Assembly (NCBI GenBank): GCA_037917685.1
Contig: JAVCBU010000015.1
Location: forward strand, 1-13,834
Reading direction: 5' to 3'
Source: Thermoproteota archaeon
Lineage (GTDB): Archaea; Korarchaeota; Korarchaeia; Korarchaeales; JAOZGB01
DNA: 13,834 bases
Position numbers and translations under genes: made by a program. This document shows positions 7,315 to 13,834 of the stretch, one piece after another. The notes beneath the pieces were generated by a model. It did not search any database and was not told the DNA's origin. It saw nothing but the letters and a program-made list of their open reading frames with translations. The first letter of the stretch is position 1; every line of letters begins with the position of its first letter.

Positions 7315-7723
7315 GCCTATCCCTAATCCTATTAGTAAAGCTTCGTATATTTTTGAAATCTTCCCTGATACTTTCATATATCAGTTTGTCATCCACAGCC
7401 CAGTACCTATGAACAATCAAGTTTCTAAGCCGCACAAGTTTCACTGCATCGTTAAATTCCGTGTCAGCCATCAAGCCTTTGTCTACAAGAACCTTAAAGG
7501 CGCTAACCGGGGTTTCAGGCTCGGCAAAATACATTCTCCTTGCCAGGTGAAGAGCGAGTGCCATAAGTGCTTCAACAAGCACAATAACGTAATATCTTAT
7601 CTCACTTCTCTCAGGACGCGAAAGAGAATTAAAAGGCTTCGAAGCATCGCTCAGAATAATATTTATAGCTTCATCAATATCCGCCAAAAGCCTCCCAACA
7701 AACTCAATGTTAATCTTGCTCAA
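7304..7723 (-). CDS. HEPN/DUF86 ribonuclease toxin (HepT-like), copy 2
   Basis: RNLIVHRY (R-X4-H-X-Y). Homologous to 5347-5760 (RY..VLVE, LRNL..HRYW..DD). TTG start with GTGGTTGA upstream. Confidence 0.9.
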   Translation of the reverse strand: MSKINIEFVGRLLADIDEAINIILSDASKPFNSLSRPERSEIRYYVIVLVEALMALALHLARRMYFAEPETPVSAFKVLVDKGLMADTEFNDAVKLVRLRNLIVHRYWAVDDKLIYESIREDFKNIRSFTNRIRDRLEV

Positions 7724-7754
7724 TCAACCACAGCTCATATAGAAAAATGCGACC

Positions 7755-7770
7755 TTAAATTTAAAAGCCT
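7755..7770 (-). promoter_or_regulatory. Putative TATA promoter of HEPN-MNT pair 2
   Basis: Minus strand AGGCTTTTAAATTTAA, ~32-47 nt upstream of TTG 7723. Includes the palindrome TTAAATTTAA. Confidence 0.4.
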
Positions 7771-7855
7771 TAACCGTTCGAGAAGCTTTACCTTAAGATA
7801 AAGTATTCTTAGCTGGCTGATAATACTGTCAAGTTAGGACTTAAAGGTTTAATAA

Positions 7856-7984
7856 TATTTCTGCTTAGCGAAGTGGAGTGGTCTCGGCTTGGGGACTGTA
7901 GTAGCCTTCGGCATCGGCTGCTTCCTGGTCAGCTTCTGGGTTGAACTTTTAAAGCATGCACTATCAAATGTCCGGGTAGAGTAA
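7856..7984 (+). pseudogene. Possible 3' remnant of a membrane-protein gene
   Basis: YFCLAKWSGLGLGTVVAFGIGCFLVSFWVELLKHALSNVRVE*: one transmembrane-like helix, no convincing start. Confidence 0.3.
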
Positions 7985-8163
7985 CAGAGGTTGAGGTTGT
8001 GATAGAGAGGGAATCTGAGGTTGCACGCTGCTGGTGGGGTTACTGTGGTGGTTATGGGAGACTTCACCCTGAGATGGCCGCTGAGATTTCATGTATGGTG
8101 CATGAGGAGTACCCTGAGGCAAACATAGTATTTGTCAGGTGGAGGGTGGATTGGCCGATGTGA
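7945..8163 (+). pseudogene. Copy B of the unrecognised protein C-terminus (open frame, 5' truncated or short CDS from GTG 7999)
   Basis: ...VTEVEVVIERESEVARCWWGYCGGYGRLHPEMAAEISCMVHEEYPEANIVFVRWRVDWPM*. Homologous to 6525-6646 and absent from the ORF track. Confidence 0.6.
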
Positions 8164-8323
8164 AATTTCTATAAGGGGATAAAAATAGATCTGGGGAGCA
8201 GTTGTTAAGGCTTCTAAGGACCCGGCGGAGAATCTGGCATGCGATGGGGGTCTTCGGCCTTCTAGCTATACTCCCCGGGAGAGTTGACCGCTGAAGGGAG
8301 ACACTGATGGATGGTGGTGTGGA

Positions 8324-8665
8324 ATGGGGTTTAGATTCCTGTTTGTGCTTATAGTCTTGTTTTGGCTATCGGTTGGTTTGACTGGGATTTTATACTTTTA
8401 CTCTACCCGTGGCTGGGCTAAGGTTTACGTTGGGGCTGACGGTCCACCCTGCTATGGTTTCAGTCTTGGTGACAGTGTTCTATATGTTGGCAGTCATTCT
8501 GTTTTTAGAGTTGGTATTGAGGATGGTGTGGTTTCAAGCTCCTGGAGGCTCAGGGGTTTCGATGTTGTTGATGGCTCGTGGGGAGGGGCCGCTATGCCTT
8601 CTGCGGATGGTGCTGTGGGAACCCTTGTGGACTTTTGCTCCTCGACAGCCAGCTTAGACCCGTGA
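8324..8665 (+). CDS. Secreted/membrane-anchored hypothetical protein, probably a truncated beta-rich (propeller-like) surface protein
   Basis: SD-like GGTGGTG. Hydrophobic N-terminus FLFVLIVLFWLSVGLTGILYFY, then WAKVYVG...SVLYVGSHSVFRVGIEDG strands. Ends 10 nt before the convergent type I RM operon. Confidence 0.55.
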   Translation: MGFRFLFVLIVLFWLSVGLTGILYFYSTRGWAKVYVGADGPPCYGFSLGDSVLYVGSHSVFRVGIEDGVVSSSWRLRGFDVVDGSWGGAAMPSADGAVGTLVDFCSSTASLDP

Positions 8666-8675
8666 AAGCTTATTA

Positions 8676-9017
8676 TCAGCTGTTTAGTTTAGATCTAGCT
8701 TGTTTCAGTAGCTCCTCCTTACCATTTTCATAATCGGGATAAATGCGCTTCACTATTTCCCAGAACTTCCTAGTATGTCGCTTAACAACTAGATGAGCAA
8801 GCTCGTGAGCAATTATGTATTTCAAGACGTGTTCAGGGTACTTTGCCGCATCTAAGTTCACGTATATCTTGTTCCTCTTTATTAGAGCCAAAGCATCCAT
8901 GTTAGCCACTTCTATCTTTAAGTTTCCATGAATCTCCACATCGCTTTTTTCTAAAAGCTCCTGAAGTATTCTCTCAACCTTTTTCTTAAAGATCTCCGAG
9001 GATTTCTCTTTCATCAT
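8676..9017 (-). CDS. YgjP/DUF45-like zinc metallo-hydrolase (M48-like) associated with type I RM
   Basis: YIIAHELAHLVVKRHTRKFW (HExxH...H..FW) and YPDY. Its start overlaps the hsdR stop (ATGA). Confidence 0.88.
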   Translation of the reverse strand: MMKEKSSEIFKKKVERILQELLEKSDVEIHGNLKIEVANMDALALIKRNKIYVNLDAAKYPEHVLKYIIAHELAHLVVKRHTRKFWEIVKRIYPDYENGKEELLKQARSKLNS

Positions 9018-12000
9018 CCATACACCTCCTCAAGGTTTCTGAATATCCTCATCTCTATCTCATCTATCTTCTCGATTAGGCCGAAGTTCTTTATGATCCC
9101 CTCCCTTATTATCCTCCTTATCTTCTTCCTTTGTCCCTTCTTCAAGAAGCTCTCCCCGCTTAACAAATCTTTATTCCTAAGTCCTTCGAGTATTTCCCTT
9201 GAAACTTCCCTAACCTTTATGTGGTCTGAGAAATAGTCCCTCAACACGTCGAATATCGGAAATATTTCCTTTAGCCTCCTCCTTTCAGCCTCCCTTTCTT
9301 CTACCTTTCGCTTAATTGACCTGATCCTCTCTATGATGTCCCTTGTCAGTTTCTTCTCCTTCCTTATCTCCTCATATATCTTCTCTATTTCCTTCCTTAG
9401 GCTTACGTAGAACTCAGACCCGAGCCTGGATGCTCTCCTTTCAAGATCTCCGAGAACCCTAATCCCTGATATTGGTTCTCCTCCAGATTCTAGCTCTACA
9501 ACCTCAACTTCCCCTATCTTCTCTATTCTATCAACGCCTATCGTTTCCTTTATTAGATCGTAAGTTTTCCTCGCCATCCTCTCTATCTCCTCAAGTCTCA
9601 TTCCTATCTTCCTGTACCTATTCAACGCTACAGAAATGCAGATTACCCATTTGTAAAAATCGATGTGTTTGAAGACTACTTCACACGGAGAAATTAGTTC
9701 GTAAAGGGTTCTTAACTCCTTAGCCTTCTCCTCAAACTCCTTCTCCTTCCCACTCACAACTAACATCTCAACAGCCTTGTCCACGTCCTCTATTCCCTCA
9801 ATCCTGATATCTCTAAGCATTTCCTTGAGCTCTTTAATGAGCCTTTCAAAATCCTCCTCAGAGCTCTTTACATCCTTTATGAAGAGCATGGCTTCCTTGA
9901 CGAATCCCCTTTCGAACTTCTGTAGAGCCTTCTCTAGGTTCTTCGCTACCCCTACGTAATCGACGACAAGACCGAACTCCTTCAACTCCTTGAAAGGTCT
10001 GTTGGTCCTAGCTATTGCCTGTAACAAGCGGTGTTCCTTCAGAGGTTTGTACAAGAAGAGTATCCAGAGGTTTTTAGCGTCAAAACCTGTCAGCAGCATG
10101 TCGCTTACTATAAGGATCCTTGGGAACTCCTCGTTCCTGAACTTGAATATTATGTCCCTGTTTATCCTATCAAAATCAGAGTGTCCGAACCTCCTTGCAA
10201 GCTCCTCTTTGTACTCCTCCACTTCCCTCGACTTTTCCCTAGCCTGGTAGGTCATGACTATCTCTGAGTACTTGGGATCCAGGTGCTTGTCAAGCTCTTT
10301 CTTGAACAAAACGCAGCACTCCCTATCCACAGTTGCGACCATGGCCTTGAGAGGAGTCTTCTCAACCTTCGCTTTGAAGTATTCTGCTATGTCCTTGCAA
10401 ACCTTCTCTACCCTCTCAGCGCCCTTCAACAAAGCTATCCTCGGCCTGAGCTTCCTCCTCCAAAGCCTCCTTTCTTCTGGTGTTAGCTCTTGTATTACCT
10501 CTTCCTCATACTCAGCAAGCCTTTCTATCTCTTCCTGTTTAAGGTGAAGCTCTGGAAGCCTTGCCTCATACCGTATAGGTAAAGTAAAACCGTCCTTTAT
10601 CGAGTTGAGCATCCCGTACCTGCTTAGGTAAAGCTCCCCTTTTGGAGAGAACTTCTGAAAAGTATTCCTTTCTGGCTTTGTTAAGGGAGTTCCTGTAAAT
10701 CCGAAGATCTTCGCGTTCCTGAATATTCCTCTCATCACGTTCGCAAGGATTCCGTACTGGCTCCTATGGCTTTCATCAGTGAATATTATTATGTTCTCCC
10801 TTTCAAGATCTATTTTCCCAGCATCGTGGAGCTTCTTCAGCTTTTCAGGCTTGAACTTCTGAATTAAACAGATGAAAATGCCTCTCTTACCTTCCCTCTC
10901 CTTCCCTCCCCATCTTAGGATTTTAACAAGGTCTCTAATCGTTCTTATCCTCTCTATCTCTATTCCAATCGGAACGAACTCCTCCTCAACTATCTGCCTC
11001 TCTATATCCCTTCTATCAACCACTATGAATATGGAGGGAACTTCAAGCTTGGGATTTCTCAGGAGCTTCCAGGAGGCGAATGCCATAGTCAAAGTCTTTC
11101 CAGACCCCTGCCAATGCCATATCAACCCCACTCTCTCCTTTTCTTCGACCACTCTTTTTACTATCAGGTTTGTCGCCTCAAACTGCATGTACCAAGCCAT
11201 TATCTTCGTGTAGGTGTCCTTGAACCTCTTCACGAATATGAAGTTCTCAATCAAATCAAGGAGGTTTCCCTTTGAGAGGATTCCGAATATTGTAGAGTCA
11301 AGGTAAGGGAACATCTTTAGGGGCTTAACCTCTTCCTCAGTAAAGGGATAGAAGCTCTTCCAAACACCTTTGTCCTTCTCTAGAAGGTTTGAGTAATCTC
11401 CAGCGTAGCAATTTGGGAAGTGCTTCGTTACATATCCATCTGAAACTATGCAGAACTGAACGTACTTGAAAATGCTAGGAACAGATCTCTCGTACTCCAA
11501 AATCTGCTCATAGGCATCGTACCACGTTGTCCCTTCTTCCTCCTTACTGAAAGGGTTCTTAGTCTCTATCACAACTAAAGGAATACCGTTTACAAAGAGG
11601 CAGAAGTCGAAGCGCCTCCTCCTCTCATTCTCCTCTATCTCAAACTCCCTAACTGCGAGAAAATCGTTATTCTCAGGGTTTTCAAAGTCAAAAAGGTAAA
11701 TTATCTTGCTTATCTCCTCTCCATTCCTCCTTATTCTAAGAGGAATTCCATTCTTAACGAAATCCAAGAAGTTCTTTATCCCCTCAATCGTGTTGGGCAA
11801 CAAAATTAGCCTAGAAAACAGATCGCTTCTCTCATCCTCGTTCAAGGTTATGCCGTTAATTCTTTCTAATGCCTTGAACAACCTTTCCTTTAGGAATATT
11901 TCCTCAAGGGATTCCCTCTCTCCCTTTACTCCTGGCCCCCACTTAACTACTTCCCATTTTAGATCTCTTCTCAATCTTTTTGCAATGTACTCTTGAAGGT

Positions 12001-12019
12001 TACTTTCAGCTAACATCAT
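9014..12019 (-). CDS. hsdR: Type I restriction enzyme endonuclease/translocase subunit R
   Basis: RFDFCLFVNGIPLVVIETKNP and QILEY nuclease motifs; HWQGSGKT, DESHRSQYG, FTGTP, LLTGFDA and QAIARTNR helicase motifs. ATG 12019 (MMLAES) after GGGGGT is the likely start rather than 12127. Confidence 0.97.
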   Translation of the reverse strand: MMLAESNLQEYIAKRLRRDLKWEVVKWGPGVKGERESLEEIFLKERLFKALERINGITLNEDERSDLFSRLILLPNTIEGIKNFLDFVKNGIPLRIRRNGEEISKIIYLFDFENPENNDFLAVREFEIEENERRRRFDFCLFVNGIPLVVIETKNPFSKEEEGTTWYDAYEQILEYERSVPSIFKYVQFCIVSDGYVTKHFPNCYAGDYSNLLEKDKGVWKSFYPFTEEEVKPLKMFPYLDSTIFGILSKGNLLDLIENFIFVKRFKDTYTKIMAWYMQFEATNLIVKRVVEEKERVGLIWHWQGSGKTLTMAFASWKLLRNPKLEVPSIFIVVDRRDIERQIVEEEFVPIGIEIERIRTIRDLVKILRWGGKEREGKRGIFICLIQKFKPEKLKKLHDAGKIDLERENIIIFTDESHRSQYGILANVMRGIFRNAKIFGFTGTPLTKPERNTFQKFSPKGELYLSRYGMLNSIKDGFTLPIRYEARLPELHLKQEEIERLAEYEEEVIQELTPEERRLWRRKLRPRIALLKGAERVEKVCKDIAEYFKAKVEKTPLKAMVATVDRECCVLFKKELDKHLDPKYSEIVMTYQAREKSREVEEYKEELARRFGHSDFDRINRDIIFKFRNEEFPRILIVSDMLLTGFDAKNLWILFLYKPLKEHRLLQAIARTNRPFKELKEFGLVVDYVGVAKNLEKALQKFERGFVKEAMLFIKDVKSSEEDFERLIKELKEMLRDIRIEGIEDVDKAVEMLVVSGKEKEFEEKAKELRTLYELISPCEVVFKHIDFYKWVICISVALNRYRKIGMRLEEIERMARKTYDLIKETIGVDRIEKIGEVEVVELESGGEPISGIRVLGDLERRASRLGSEFYVSLRKEIEKIYEEIRKEKKLTRDIIERIRSIKRKVEEREAERRRLKEIFPIFDVLRDYFSDHIKVREVSREILEGLRNKDLLSGESFLKKGQRKKIRRIIREGIIKNFGLIEKIDEIEMRIFRNLEEVYG

Positions 12020-12020
12020 G

Positions 12021-12530
12021 CTACCCCCAATAGACAGACTGAAGGAATGGATTCTCTTCAAACCACTCCGTAAATTCCTCTCTGTTCTTATCGAATCGGA
12101 CAAGCACAAAAGAATGGTAAACGCCACCCTTTAACTTTGATATGAGAAAGGTAACTTTTAGAAGACGTTTTATTTCCTCTGGAATGGGCTCTAAGGAGAC
12201 TAAGAAGGCAAACCTAGCTTCGAAGAGGTCAGCATACTTTTTTAGCTGATAAATGTCATCCAGCTCTATTTTACCTCGTTTAACCTCAGCTACAACGAAG
12301 CCTGGTAAACGACATCCCTCTACAAACCCTGTGATGTCAGGAGCCAATTTTTTGAGAAAAATAAAAATGATTTCTCGACCAGAAGGAATCTTGCTTTTCA
12401 ATTTGTTACTAAATTTTCCTCTTGCTGTGATTTCCAAGTATATTTTAACGCTCTTTTCTTTAAACAGTTCTGCTAACTTTTTCTTTACAACATCGTAATA
12501 CTCTTCCTCCTTCCTTTCCTCATGAGGCAT
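12021..12530 (-). CDS. Stand-alone PD-(D/E)XK nuclease-fold protein (NucS/Mrr-like) inside the hsd operon
   Basis: APDITG...FVVAEVK...DDIYQLKKYADLFEARFAFLVS gives PD, E-x-K and Q-x-x-x-Y motifs. 1-nt gaps to hsdS and hsdR. Confidence 0.75.
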   Translation of the reverse strand: MPHEERKEEEYYDVVKKKLAELFKEKSVKIYLEITARGKFSNKLKSKIPSGREIIFIFLKKLAPDITGFVEGCRLPGFVVAEVKRGKIELDDIYQLKKYADLFEARFAFLVSLEPIPEEIKRLLKVTFLISKLKGGVYHSFVLVRFDKNREEFTEWFEENPFLQSVYWG

Positions 12531-12531
12531 T

Positions 12532-13761
12532 CTAATTCACCTTAACCCTAATTTTCCCAGTTAACAACAAGTCCATTAGACCTTTCTTTATCCGCTCTAG
12601 CTTTTCTTTCCTTTTTATTTCGATCCTAAGCTTCCTATCAACGGTTAAAATCATTTCAACGATTTTGTTTTGTTCGGTGAGAGGTGCAAGAGGTATTTTA
12701 AGGTTAAGTAAATCTCCTTTGTTGATTCCTGCTTGATGAACGTGTGGATGACATATTGCTTTAAAAACACGAAGCCACCATTTTCTAATAAGTATATATA
12801 AGATCCATTCCGGGATAACTTTAGCAGGATTCACTCTTATTCTTGTGAGATGATTACTATATACGCACTGGGAAAATTCCCCTCTAAAAATCGCTGTTTT
12901 CCCTATTAAGTCTATGCTATTAGTATTGTTAAATAAAATATCCCCTGGTCTAAGGAAATATTCCTTGACGTTTTTAGGAGGAGGAACTTTAACGTATGCT
13001 TTAGGATTTATCCACCCTTCTGTATCTATACTATCCATCCTTAACTGTATTACTCCATTCTTATCTCTTTTACCACATGCAAAACCAGGCTTTGCTTCTA
13101 GGATAACATCCCTTAATCTAACAACTTCCCATTCCTTCGGTATCCTTCCTATTTCTGTATCCTCAAACTCCTTATGCCCTATTCCCTTCGTTAAAAGCTC
13201 CTGCATCAAACCCTTCTTAAGCCTCTTAGTTTTCTCGATAATTTCATTTGTTTTTTGAATGGCTTCATCAACGGTTGAAAGAATTTCAGCGATTTTTTGT
13301 TGTTCTGTAATAGGTGGAAGTGGGATATGTACTCGAAGGAGTGACTGTTGAGTAATTTTGGGTCGTGTACTACCTGTGGCTAGTCTTCTCCAATCGAGCC
13401 TCTTAAAGACATAATATGAAAACTTTGGGAAAACAGAAGATTTAGTTTTAATTACCCACACGTGATTATTTGCCCAAAACTTTCCGTTAAAATAGTGAAT
13501 TGCACCGATTGATCCGTCTTGAGCGACAATAATATATTCTCCATCAAAGATGTAATCTTTAACATAGTCTATTATTCCATTAGCTCCAAAGTATGGATAA
13601 GGACCTTGAACTCTATCCTGCTGCTTTACAGGAATCCCGGTTTTGCATTCGGTTACTATATTATCCAATTTACTTATTTTCCAATCTTTGGGAATTTTGC
13701 CAATTGGTGTTTCCTTGAATTTTTCTTCTCTGTAAAATGTTATATTTAAATCAGCTTTCAT
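12532..13761 (-). CDS. hsdS: Type I restriction-modification specificity subunit S
   Basis: Two TRD units with repeated conserved regions: KETPIGKIPKDW/EDTEIGRIPKEW and PLPPITEQQKIAEIL...KKGLMQELLT/PLAPLTEQNKIVEMI...KKGLMDLLLTGK. ATG 13761 after AGGTGG is the likely start (GTG 13770 is an alternative). Confidence 0.97.
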   Translation of the reverse strand: MKADLNITFYREEKFKETPIGKIPKDWKISKLDNIVTECKTGIPVKQQDRVQGPYPYFGANGIIDYVKDYIFDGEYIIVAQDGSIGAIHYFNGKFWANNHVWVIKTKSSVFPKFSYYVFKRLDWRRLATGSTRPKITQQSLLRVHIPLPPITEQQKIAEILSTVDEAIQKTNEIIEKTKRLKKGLMQELLTKGIGHKEFEDTEIGRIPKEWEVVRLRDVILEAKPGFACGKRDKNGVIQLRMDSIDTEGWINPKAYVKVPPPKNVKEYFLRPGDILFNNTNSIDLIGKTAIFRGEFSQCVYSNHLTRIRVNPAKVIPEWILYILIRKWWLRVFKAICHPHVHQAGINKGDLLNLKIPLAPLTEQNKIVEMILTVDRKLRIEIKRKEKLERIKKGLMDLLLTGKIRVKVN

Positions 13762-13762
13762 C

Positions 13763-13834
13763 TTATCCACCTATTAGCTGAGTTAGCTGGGAAATGTATC
13801 CCTCTAGTTTCCTTTCAACTTCCTGCCTTTCAGC
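13763..13834 (-). CDS. hsdM: 3' end of the upstream gene, probably type I methyltransferase subunit M (partial)
   Basis: Open frame AERQEVERKLEGYISQLTQLIGG* ending 1 nt before the hsdS ATG. The helical tail and position fit HsdM; the identity is inferred from context only. Confidence 0.6.
   Translation of the reverse strand, partial: AERQEVERKLEGYISQLTQLIGG

Noticed and set aside
7768-7839. Possible integron attC site (CCTTAAC...GTTAGGA)
   Set aside because: The boxes do not fit RYYYAAC/GTTRRRY, the inner arms are not complementary, and no second copy or integrase is present.
10766-10778. HsdR Walker B reads DESH rather than DEAH
   Set aside because: Fits the DExH consensus and the other helicase motifs are intact; no sign of inactivation.
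9472-13749. Many plus-strand ORFs opposite hsdR, the nuclease gene and hsdS (similar shadow ORFs overlap the thiolase, phosphatase and TA genes)
   Set aside because: Ser/Leu/Phe-rich antisense shadows of well-supported genes.
3247-13791. Recurrent (T)AGCTGG motif, e.g. near 3249, 4545, 4594, 4611, 4896, 7811 and 13784
   Set aside because: Only a hexamer with no conserved extension or spacing; enrichment cannot be shown without genome-wide counts.

Overview
Archaeal, probably thermophilic, chromosomal window (inferred from BRE/TATA-like boxes, AGG/AGA and ATA codon use and gene families). It has three zones. (1) ~487-4433, GC-richer metabolic genes: a tightly coupled GNAT acetyltransferase - thiolase-fold protein - DUF35 (Zn-ribbon/OB-fold) operon whose thiolase has Pro where the nucleophilic Cys normally sits, then a small membrane protein, a dual-specificity phosphatase and a divergent rpiB. 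(2) ~4440-8670, a decayed accessory island: a probable RelBE-like remnant, two intact HEPN-MNT toxin-antitoxin pairs, an RHS/YD-repeat fragment, several short gene remnants including two diverged copies of one unrecognised protein fragment, and a truncated secreted protein. (3) 8676-13834, a minus-strand type I restriction-modification operon: hsdM 3' end, hsdS, an inserted stand-alone PD-(D/E)XK nuclease, hsdR and a YgjP/DUF45-like HExxH protein. No tRNA, rRNA, CRISPR array or transposase was recognised. All calls come from motif reading by eye; no searches were run.
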